From Podarcis bocagei (lineage: Eukaryota), in assembly GCA_964188305.1 (NCBI GenBank), contig OZ076887.1: 64,000 bases of DNA; one strand, given 5' to 3'. The position numbers and the translations under genes were made by a program. The notes below the pieces were generated by a model. That model searched no databases. It worked only from the letters and a program-made list of their open reading frames with translations, and was not told the origin of the DNA. Shown here in pieces: positions 12,440 through 23,088 of this stretch; the stretch's first letter is position 1; each line of letters opens with the position of its first letter.

Positions 12440-14755
12440 TGGATGGATCCTGATAGATTCCGACAAGCCTTGCGGGACCCTGCTCCTCCTGGCGACTCAT
12501 TAGATGACCTTGTCGAGGACTGGAATAACTGGCTCTTGGCAGCCATTGATGAGATCGCGCCTAAGCGCCCTCTGCGACCCCGTCGAAACCGGGCCCCTTG
12601 GTTTACTGAGGAGCTCCGGAAAATGAAGCGGGATCTCAGACGGCTAGAGCGAGTATGGCGACGGACTCATGACGGAGCCTCAAGAACATCTTATAGGACG
12701 CTTATGAAAGCCTATGAAAGCTGCTAAGAAATCTTACTTTGCAGTTTCCATTGCATCCGCTAGCTCTCGCCCGGCACAACTTTTTAGAATAATTAGGTCA
12801 ATAACGTCCTTAGGTAGACAACCAAATTTAAGCACAAATTCGACCCACAGCTGTGAGGCATTCACGAGTTTTTTTGCGGAGAAAGTCCTGTTGCTCCGCC
12901 GTGATCTCCCTGCCAATTTAGATACAGTGACTGAACTGGAGGCCCCTCGACTGACTTCAGGTCCAGTGTTGGACCATTTCGATCGGATACTCCCTGCTGA
13001 TGTGGATAGATTCCTCCAAGTTGGTAGGTCCACCACCTGCCTCCTTGATCCGTGCCCATCTTGGCTGATTACGGAGTGTCCAGATGTTGCGCGGACCCCC
13101 CTGGTTGAAATTATCAATTAGTCCCTTGACACGGGGACATTCCCAGGGGAACTGAAGGAAGCAGTAGTGTGTCCACTCTTAAAGAAAACTTCATTAGATC
13201 CCTTAGACCTATCCAATTACCGCCCAGTTTCAAATCTTCCATATCTGGGTAAGGTAATTGAGAGAGCGGTTGCTGAACAGCTTGGTAGGTTTCTGGAGGA
13301 AACATCGGCTTTAGATCCATTTCAGTCCGGTTTCCGTCCTGGTTTTGGGACCGAGATGGCTCTGGTTGCCCTAACAGATGATCTCCGTAGACAGCAGGAT
13401 CGAGGTGGGTCAGGAATGCTGATCCTTTTAGATTTGTCAGCAGCCTTTGACATGGTCGATCATGACCTTCTGGACCACCGCCTCGCAGATGTGGGGATAC
13501 AGGGCATAGCCCGTAACTGGCTGTGCTCTTTTATCTCTGGTCGGGGACAGAGGGTGGCACTAGGGAGGGAAATGTCGTTGCGCCATTCCTTGGTGTGTGG
13601 AGTGCCGCAGGGCACAATTCTCTCCCCGATGCTTTTTAACATCTTTATGCGCCCCCTTGCCCAGATTATCCGGAGCTTTGGGCTGGGCTGTCACCAATAT
13701 GCTGATGACACTCAGCTCTATCTGCTGATGGATGGCCACACCAACTCGGCCCTGAGCACACTGACCAGATGCTTGGAAGCTGTGGCTGGATGGTTTCGTG
13801 GGAGCCGATTGAAACTAAATCCTTCGAAGACAGAGGTCCTATGGCTGGGTCGGGATGGCATGGGGATGAGGGACCAACTCCCTTCTCTTGCGGGGGCCCA
13901 ATTAGTGCCATTGCCTTCCGTTAAGAGTTTGGGTGTAATCCTTGATGCCTCCCTTTCCATGGAGGCGCAAGTTACAGCAACAGCCAAGGCGACATTTTTC
14001 CACCTTCGCCGCATCAAGCAGTTGGTCCCTTACCTTTCCCGCCACGACCTGGCCACAGTGATCCATGCGACGGTCATCTCCAGGCTTGACTACTGTAATT
14101 CGCTCTACGCAGGGCTGCCCTTGAAGCTGACCCAGAAACTCCAGAGGGTGCAGAATGCTGCAGCGAGGCTCCTCACGGGTTCTCTGCCGTGGGAGCATAT
14201 TCACCCAGTGCTTTTCAAACTGCACTGGCTCCCGGGGGAGTACAGGGTCAGATTTAAGGTGCTGCTTTTGACCTTTAAAGCCCTTCATGGCCTAGGACCC
14301 TCGTACCTACGGGACCGCCTCTCCCGGTATGCCCCACGGAGAGCCTCAAGGTCCATAAATAGCAACACCCTAGAGGTCGCGGGCCTTAAGGAAATTAGAT
14401 TGGCTTCAACCAGAGCCAGGGCCTTTTCAACTCTGGCTCCGGTCTGGTGGAACGCTCTGCCTCATGGGACCAGGGCCCTGCAGGATCTGATTTCTTTCCG
14501 CAGGGCTTGTAAGACAGAGTTGTTCCGCCTGGCCTTTGGCTTGGAGCCAATTTGATTTCCTCCCTCTCTTTTTTCCTTTTCTTCTCCTCCTGCGATGAGG
14601 CTACATTTTAATATTCTAATGTTTCAATATTTTAATGTTGTATTTTAATTTTGTTTTTAAGTTGTAATCATTCAACTTGTTTTTATTATTGCTTGTAAGC
14701 CGCTCTGAGCCCGGCCTTGGCTGGGGAAGGCGGGGTATAAATAAAAATTATTATT

Positions 14756-14794
<39 letters not shown>

Positions 14795-14795
14795 A
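12440..14795 (+). mobile_element. 5'-truncated young L2-clade LINE
   Basis: ORF2 tether, RT and C-terminus; 3'UTR ending GGGCGGGGTATAAATAAA plus (TTA)n(TTG)n tail. Confidence 0.95.
12443..14555 (+). pseudogene. L2 ORF2 reverse transcriptase (disrupted)
   Basis: Motifs NYRPVSNL, FQSGFR, LDLSAAFD, GVPQG, YADD and LNPSKTE; frameshift near 12715 and one in-frame TAG at 13119-13121; ORFs 12714-13121 and 13167-14555 share a frame. Confidence 0.93.
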
Positions 14796-16255
14796 CTAAA
14801 TAAATATATTTGGAATTTGATAAGTTCTCTGCCCCAAAGTGGACTCTCTCATTTACTGCCTGCTCAAGTTAATCATCTAGGTATTAGAAAGACACCCGTT
14901 TCTGGCCACAGTTTAGTCCTGTATGACTTTCAAGTCTACAAAACGTTTGCACATCCAAATCTTTGGTGTTGCATTTGAATTCTTTGAGGCAGCTCATGGA
15001 CCTACATTGCGGAGGGACTGGGGAAACGGATGCTTTTGCAGCAGCATAAATGATATGGGTAGAATCTACCTGATACAGAAATGTCACCTCCACAGTTTAT
15101 GAACCTCAGAAACCTCTGTTCCATTTCTTTTATGAAAAGTCTGGCATGAAATTTCAGGAGAATGAATACCACCACTATGGCATATTTGTGAAGCATTTAA
15201 AGGTTACTTAGTAAGTGCAAAATGCTTTAAATTGAAAGCAAACCTTAAAATGGGAAGCATTTCCGTGCTTAACTTTTAATAGGTTTTCTGATGAAAATGT
15301 ATTATTTGATGAATTCAGAAGTGGTTTAGGAAAGGCGCAGTCCTTATGTTTGCTTAGGACTAGTCATGACCTCTGTAATCTTGTCCAAAGACTGTGAGCA
15401 ATAATGCATTGCACTTGTGGGGGAAATGTACTGTGAATGATAATATTGGCATGCTTTAGCTGGGATTTCTATCTTCAGTCAGCAAAAAAAGGATTGAATC
15501 TGCTAAATGAATGCAACCAACTGAGCCAAGTAAAAGTATTACCGAAATGGATTTAGACATAGTCTGTTGGCTAAACAACCTTACTAGCAAGAATTTAGCA
15601 GAGATGGCATTAGGCCTCCCTGGTTTATGTGTAATTTAAAGAAGCTTCCTCTCCCATGCTAAGCAGTGAGTCTCTTTAAGGGATTTTGTCTCAAGTCATG
15701 AGAGTCTGCTTTTTCCGTGTCACTGCGAAATGTAGTTAAGAGTATCCCCAAAATTAGAGGGAAACAGGATGAAGGAGCCAAGCTCTTTGAAAATAGGGGT
15801 TACTTCCAAAGGGCAAAAAAGGAAATTGAAAATAAGATAGAGAGTTTGAGGGAAAGGAATGTAATGTAGCTGCATATTTACTTTCTACGTAGGAAGGCAA
15901 CAGCTGCCAATTGAAAAATTAAGAAGTGAAGTGTTGTGTATGGTGTCCTTAATCACAGGCTGCCGTATATAGATCGCTCGACAGAATCTAATCAGTTCAT
16001 TTGTGAGAGAAGCACCTGGAATGTAGATGGGCCCAATACTAGTTAAGGAGAGCCACGTTTTCCTGATGGTGTGTCAAAGTGGAAAGATGTAAAAAGCTAA
16101 AAACATCAGCTTGGATCCAAAGGTGTCCGGCATGAACAGACAGGCATTTCAGCTTGTATAAGGAGTTGGGGGGGCATGATTTTTGCCAGCCCCACCTCCA
16201 ACTGTAGCCCATGCACCATATTCCACACAAACAACACTCTGGATGGACTTGGGGG

Positions 16256-16745
16256 TGTTGTTGTTTAGTCGTTTAGTCGTGTCCAACTTTTCATGACCCC
16301 ATGGACCAGAGCACGCCAGGTACTCCTGTCTTCCACTGCCTCCCACAGTTTGGTCAAACTCATGTTGGTAGCTTTGAGAACACTGTCCAACCATCTCGTC
16401 CTCTGTCGTCCCCTTCTCCTTGTGCCCTCCATCTTTCCCAACATCAGGGTCTTTTCTAGGGTGTCTTCTCTTCTCATGAGGTGGCCAAAGTATTAGAGCC
16501 TCAGCTTCACGATCTGTCCTACCAGTGAGCACTCAGGGCTAATTTCCTTCAGGATGGAGAGGTTTGATCTTCTTGCAGTCCATGGGACTTTCAAGAGTCT
16601 CCTCCAGCACCATAATTCAAAAGCATCAATTCTTTGGTGATCAGCCTTCTTTATGGTCCAGCTCTCACTTCCATACATCACTACTGGGAAAACGATAGCT
16701 TTAACTATACGGACCTTTGTTGGCAAGGTGATGTCTCTGCTTTTT
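16256..16745 (-). mobile_element. Bov-B (RTE) LINE 3' fragment
   Basis: Translates LEKTLMLGKMEGTRRRGRQRTRWLD and IDAFELWCWRRLL; (CAA)n tail. Confidence 0.95.
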
Positions 16746-16796
16746 GGGGGGTAGTGGGGGCTTAAGTGGAGATGCAAAGGAGGGAAATAATAATAG

Positions 16797-16843
<47 letters not shown>

Positions 16844-17192
16844 CACTGCCCATCTGACTGGGTTGCCCCAGCTATTCTGGACTGCTTCCAACATAATAAA
16901 AACACATCAAGATATCAAACATTTAAAACTTACCGATACAGGGCTGCCTTCTTATGTCTTCAGAAAGTCATGTAGTTGTTTATCTGTTTAACATATGACG
17001 GGAGGTCATTCCACAAGGCGGGCACCACTACCAAGAAGGCCCTCTGCCTGGTTCCCTGTAATATCACTTCTCACAGTGTGGGAACCGCCAGAAGGCCCTC
17101 AGAGCTGGACCTCAGGGTTCGGGCTGAATGATGAGGGTGGAGATGCTCCTTCAGGTATACTGGGCCAAAGCCATTTAGAGCTTTAAAGGTCA
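16797..17192 (-). mobile_element. L2 LINE 3' fragment with (TAAG)n tail
   Basis: Homologous to 44888-45300 (...QGTRQRAF.VV.P.LWN...). Confidence 0.85.
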
Positions 17193-17703
17193 AGTTCCAC
17201 AAGTGAAGCGCCACTGACACTTCTTAGGATTCATCCTGTTATTTTCTAAGGTAAATGTGGGATTTTAGATAAGATGCATCACTATGTATCTCAGATATGT
17301 CTAGTTGTCTGCATCTGGAATAAAAAAGATTGCCGACTGAAATATATTTGTGCCATAATCATCGCTTTGATGCTTCCTTCCTCAGCCACACACTGCTATT
17401 CATGTTGTTTCTTACCCTTGTAATCCTGGGAATTAGCTAAATCAGTCAATTGCTGCAATTGCATGCTGATGACACAGGGTGTACGACGTTCCAGCAAACA
17501 AAAACACTACCGTATGAAGAGCAGTTTGGCAGCTGTTGAAAAAGCTTCCTCAATAACAGGGTGAGCCACTTTTTCTGTCACTGTAATGTTCATTATATTA
17601 ATTGAGCTTCAATGCCACTTACTTGTTTTTAGGCCAGGAGAGCAAAGAAAAACAAAACAAAACAAAAAACTACAACACTGTCCTGGCAAAAGTATCCTTT
17701 CAT

Positions 17704-17707
<4 letters not shown>

Positions 17708-17754
<47 letters not shown>
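17708..17754. repeat. (CA)n microsatellite
   Basis: Read directly. Confidence 0.95.
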
Positions 17755-17757
<3 letters not shown>

Positions 17758-18363
17758 TGTGTATGGCATGCTTCAGAAAGATTAATTCAGAATATTTTTA
17801 ACAACAATGTATGTCAAACTGTCAAAGGTTTAGTGACAAATGTTTAATGTTAGTCAGCCATATTCCCGTCCCCCCCCCCCCACTGCCACATTGCACTCCT
17901 CCATTTTCCTTATGGAAGTCATTGTACAGTCATTGTGGTTACTCCAGTGCACAGTAATGCCAAAATGCTACCATTGTTAGCTGTCACAGGGACATTTTTT
18001 TGTAAATCATCACTCCACTGTCCTCTCTTTTTCTCCCATCCCAAAGCAAGGTCTCTCAGTCCAGATGAAGAGATACAAGCCAGTGCTCTTATGCAGAATA
18101 AGAAAACCAGCTAGCCAATTTAGCACCTCCTCTATTGCCCCTTCGTAGATGGGTCTCCTGAATTCCTTTTTCCTTCACCATCATGCTTCATGGAGAATCA
18201 CATACATCTGTAGAAGAGATAATCTCCAAAACAAACAAACAAGACACAGAAGAAGTCAGTCACTCACTATACAGAAAGCAAATGATGTTTAATCATGCAA
18301 ATATGTCATGTATTTCAAATAACTACAAAACAACGACTGATGGGTTACAATTCAAAGAGTGTA

Positions 18364-18605
18364 CAGTGGTACCTCTGGTTAAGTACTTAATTCGTTTCGG
18401 AGGTCGGTACTTAACCTGAAACTGTTCTTAACCAGAAGTACCACTTTAGCTAATGGGGCCTCCTGCTGCCGCCGCACTGTCGCAGGACGATTTCTGTTCT
18501 TATCCTGAAGCAAAGTTCTTAACCTGAAGCACTATTTCTGGGTTAGCGGAGTCTGTAACCTGAAGCGTATGTAACCTGAAGTGTATGTAACCCGAGGTAC
18601 CACTG
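18364..18605. mobile_element. Tc1/mariner (Tigger-like) MITE
   Basis: TIR CAGTGGTACCTC / GAGGTACCACTG; TA TSD; internal AACCTGAA repeats; second copy at 63052. Confidence 0.92.
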
Positions 18606-18967
18606 TATGTGCATGTGAACAGGGATGGACACAGGCAAATATATGTAGTTTAAAATTATTCTATGAGACTGTCATGGTGAAGCTCCTCCTGACGTGTTTC
18701 ATGCATGCAGGCTTTCAGCAAACTCTATATACATACTGGGATAGTCAATACTGTGGTATATTATCAATGAAGCAGTTGATGAAAGCTTTTCCTAAGAATT
18801 TGTCATGATTATATCAAGCAATTGCAAAAGCAACTGCAATATCATCTTTCTTATAGTCAGGCACCCATTAAGGTCATTTTGTAAATTGTTAAGATCTTTG
18901 TGAAAGACGCCCTTATACTGGAATTTTGCAATTAGAAGATGAAGATGCATTTGACCACACTGGGATG

Positions 18968-18969
<2 letters not shown>

Positions 18970-19002
<33 letters not shown>
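18970..19002. repeat. (GT)n microsatellite
   Basis: Read directly. Confidence 0.95.
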
Positions 19003-19006
<4 letters not shown>

Positions 19007-19418
19007 TATTCAGGTTTTCAATAGCTTGGCATAGGATTTACTCCTTGCTAACAAGATTACAGAGCAAATTCATGTCAGTATTGATAGGGCTAAACTAGAA
19101 GCCTTTCCGTTTGTCTGGGTTCCAGAGTATTCTGCGGCTCTTTATAGGCCAGCATTACAGCCTGTAAAATGCAAACCTTAGTGTGTTGTGACATACAATT
19201 ATGTGGTTCAGAGTACAATAGTAACTCACCCAGAATTTAGGGGGTGAGTTGGGATTCGTATGGCTCTGTCGCAACAGAAGCCCCTAGCAGGCAGAAAGCT
19301 ACCATTGGTGGTTCTCCTGTCAGCAGAAAACCCCCCAAAGGGGTGTGTTGGGTGTAAGGTACCTGTAGTTTGGAGTCCACTGGATTCAAAGCCCCATAGA
19401 TTCTCAAGCCCCTCAGCT

Positions 19419-19501
19419 GTTGTTGTTGTTTAGTCATTTAGTCATTTAGTCGTTTAGTCGTTTAGTCGTGTCCGACTCTTCGTGACCCCATGGACCAGAG
19501 T
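19419..19501 (-). mobile_element. Very short Bov-B 3' end
   Basis: Bov-B terminus with (TTTAGTCR)x4; TSD CCCTCAGCT / CCCTCGGCT. Confidence 0.88.
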
Positions 19502-20648
19502 CCCTCGGCTACACGAGTCTAAAACTCTGTTAATGTCACCGTCCGAAGTGCTTACCATGTTCTGAATTATTCAAAATTCTTGCATAACTTTATTTGAACT
19601 AATAATACTGATTTTGTTGTTGGGTGTTTTTCTGTTTTGTTTTCTGTGTCTTTTACCTATTGGTTCTAACAGATTTTGTTCATTTAAAAAGCTTTTTTAA
19701 AAAATAACATGGAGGCCTCAGCACGGACTATCTTTCCCTTTTATTGAGCCCTATCCCATTATCAGGATTTGCACTTCTGTGAAATGTTCATGGTGGTGAC
19801 CTGAAGATAAGATAAGATGAAGTGATACAAGTAGCTTAATAAGTATGAAAAGTAATCTTGACAGAATCTGTATATGTGTAATGGTACACATCCATTATCC
19901 AGGCCAGTCAATTATTTATTTCATTGAAAAAGTAGACCTATTTTCCCAGTGAGCCACTCAGTGAATATTACTGCCACAGGCAACTGTATTTTGCAGTTTT
20001 TAAAGTGCATTTTAAAAGACCTGCTAATTAGCTGTTTAATTACACGTCCAGGCTTCGAGGGTGCATTTGCTTTTGTAAGCAGTTATTTATCAGAAAGCAC
20101 TCCTTTCCTAATGCTTTTGTTTCTGCTTTCTACAAATTAAATTACAGAGAGATTTAATTTTGAGCTAATTAGGCATGAATATCAGAGAAACTGTGCGAGG
20201 CAATTGGGAACAATGCATTCGGTCCTAGAAGTTATATTCCAGTGAGGACTACATTGCATTTGGTGTCATTACCTATATTAGTCATCTGAGTTAAGACAGT
20301 CAGATTGGGACAAAGTGTATACACCAGAGAGGCTGCCAAGGTCTGGAAAACAAATCAATTTAAATTGCATGTTCTGGTTTCATCAGTTATGAATCGTGAC
20401 CTAAAAATTCTAGGGGACACTCCAGATCTGCCATGCTTTCAGCCAGCTCACTTATAAGTCGTGCCCGAGGAGGGAAGGAAGTGCGAAGCGATGTGCAAGT
20501 TATATTATATGATGATTCCATCTATGCCTTGTAGCAAAATGAGCAAATGTGTGTAGTCATAACCACACATGGCTTTTACAGTTTTAGCTCAGCAGAACCT
20601 CCCTGTTTAAAAGGAGAAGCATTCTTCAGTTGGAATAAAATGCTGTCC

Positions 20649-21450
20649 TGTTTGAGAAGGCCTCTCTTCCTTCTGGAGGGGAGGTGTTGTGAGCGGGAGA
20701 CGATTCCCGCGTCACGCAGGGGCGTTATGGCCCCTGTCCCATTCACATGGCTGGCGCGCCACGCCCCCAGTTGAGCACCCAACCAGGTGGCTTGGTGGGG
20801 GCGTGGTTTGCTGCTCAAAATGCAGCCTCGCCAGCCATTCTGCCCATTCGCTCACCTTTTCGCTGCGAGTCACCCACCTACCACTCTCTTAGGGCTTAGG
20901 GCTTAGCTTTTCTCTTGACCTTGCTATGGGCCTATGGTAGGTTGCCCAGGGGGCCTGGTAGGAATTTTTCCCAACTGGCAAATTGGCTCCAGCCTTTTGG
21001 TTTTTTCCGCCTACCTCGTAGCAATCGCCACAACTTTCTTGGTATTTCGCGGTTAGGCATTGGAATGTGGTGTTGGTGTGTGGAAGGGCAAGGTGTGGCC
21101 ATCGCCTACCCCTTCAAATTTGGGTATTCCGTTAAAGGAATCCGGCAGTCGTGGATCCTGTCCGATGCCCTGTGTGGCGGGGGGCCATGGCATGACCCCC
21201 GGTGACATCAGGGGAGAGCTTATAGTTGTATTAGCATCAACAGGCTCCCCCTACTGGTGGTTAACCCCTATTCAGACTCACCCCTCTTCGAGTGGGTGGA
21301 GTAAAATCTTCTGTGGTCCAATGCCTAAGCCAATACCTTCTCACTTGCTGTAATCAATAAAGTTGTGGCCTTTTCTTGCCCATTAACCTTATACACTGTG
21401 TCCACGTGTCTTTATTCCTCCAAGCGGGGATCGGGTCCTCGAATCACAAC
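20649..21450 (+). mobile_element. LTR-like element (probable solo LTR), copy 2
   Basis: Homologous to 9802-10607; begins TG, ends TCACAAC; AATAAA at 21356. Confidence 0.75.
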
Positions 21451-21559
21451 TGAGATAGTGGTGGAAGGAAGCTGTTGTTCACGCAGGAAGTCTTAGCACA
21501 AACCAGATAAGGAGCAAGAGGGGCAGGACCCAGAAACCTGTCAGGACAACATGTTAGGT

Positions 21560-21645
21560 ATAGAATCATAGAAACACGGCATTGTAGAATTGGAAGGGAC
21601 CCTGAAGGTCATCCATTCCAATTCACTGCAATGCAGGAATCTCAA
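21560..21645 (-). mobile_element. CR1-type 3' terminus
   Basis: ATAGAATCATAGAA...GTAGAATTGGAAGGGACCC is the antisense of the CR1 3' stem and octamer tail. Confidence 0.7.
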
Positions 21646-22389
21646 CACTACTGGGAGATGCTGGGGATTGAACTGCTGAGCTGCTGTACCGCTGAGCTGT
21701 AGCCGCCTCCATAGCACCACATGGCTTCTTTAAAAGAAGAACGCCCAATATTATCATTATCAAATCCATCCTTCATAAAAAGCAGTAGTTTACTCATACG
21801 TGATGTTAAGTCCATGGCGTGCTTCCTTAGGCGACTGGATAACCAAATTCCTATCTTAAGGCATAAACATTCCCTGCTTTCACCTGCTCCAACTTACCTC
21901 ATTTGCAGTGTGAAAGTATTTCTGGCCATTTTATGTGCAGCTTTATGGTGTGTTTAAAATGTATTTCTCAGAGAAAAACAGCCTTTAGCTCCCCTCCCCT
22001 CCCCGCAGACTGTCTTACTGTGGGCAATATCAATTCAAATAGAGGCTATTCATGAAATGTTATTGCCCAATGGCAATGAGGTTGTGAGCAGGCACCGTAA
22101 GTGTTTTATGTCATCTTTATGGCAGGTTTCAAGCCAGCTCATTCGTACAGTTTGAGCTGGGGAACAAACTAAAGTTTTCGGCAACAAAAGCAGGTAGATA
22201 GGTTCCAATGAGGAAATAATTACATTTTCTTTTTCAACTTTCAATTCCCATCATCCCCAGCCGCCAGCATGAATAATAATCTTGCATGATGGTGTGTGAC
22301 TGCTTTTGAAGAGACTCTCTCTGGATTCAGAGCTTTATCGTATGTCAACAGGACACATTTTGGGAGGCAAGGTGATAGAGTAATGGTGG

Positions 22390-22481
22390 TTCAGCTGCAG
22401 ATACTGTTGGAGGAAACTGATTCTATTGACCCATTTCAGTCTGGATTCAGGGCCAGTTTCAGGACAGAATCAACCTTGGTC
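22390..22481 (+). mobile_element. L2 RT internal fragment
   Basis: QLQILLEETDSIDPFQSGFRASFRTESTLV matches the corresponding RT segment of the 13 kb LINE. Confidence 0.8.
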
Positions 22482-22647
22482 AGAGATGCCTAGAGAGGCC
22501 TTGAAGGTGACATTTCCTCCCCAGAATGGCTTCAGCCCTCCCCATCTTTCCCCAGAAATCAGGTGCAGGTGCAAGGAGGAACAGATGCATAAAACTGATG
22601 ATCAGGTGGGTAGAAATTGGGGGGGGGACCCTTTAATTAGTATACCT

Positions 22648-23088
22648 TGTTGGGAATCTGAATAGGTGCAGCTACTCACACAGAGTCAGTTAGGGTTTGG
22701 CAGACAGCCAAGGCAATGTGAAGGAGTAAGTCTGCCTGGTGATACAGAGGCACGGAGACAGCTCCATGATTGGTCATGCTCTCTCACGGGAATAATGATT
22801 AATGGCCTACTAACTGGAATGCGTGTTAGTACGAGTTCGAGTGTAGGAGTTGGAGGTTGAGAGTTGTGTGAGACAGCTAGCTAAAGATCCGTGTTCTGTT
22901 CTGTTCCTGTAAATAGTCCACTGTATATAATAAACAGCTAACTACAAGTTCCTGGTTCCTGCTTTGTTCCTCCTGTCTGCAGCCAAGTTGCCAATTGCTT
23001 TCGTGAACTCTGCGTTCACTCTGCTAGGTCTGGCTAAGGTCCTGCAACTAGTCAGAAAGTTGTGAAACACCAATAGGTTTTTCCAATA
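22648..23088 (+). mobile_element. Solo LTR (~440 bp) of an LTR retrotransposon
   Basis: Termini TGTTGGGAA...TTCCAATA (CA>TA); 5-bp TSD TACCT (22643-22647, 23089-23093); TGTAAATA...AATAAA at ~22908-22934. Confidence 0.8.

Noticed and set aside
13167-14555. 462-aa ORF as a host or domesticated gene
   Set aside because: It is the RT of a truncated L2 copy with an upstream stop and frameshift and an intact LINE 3' tail.
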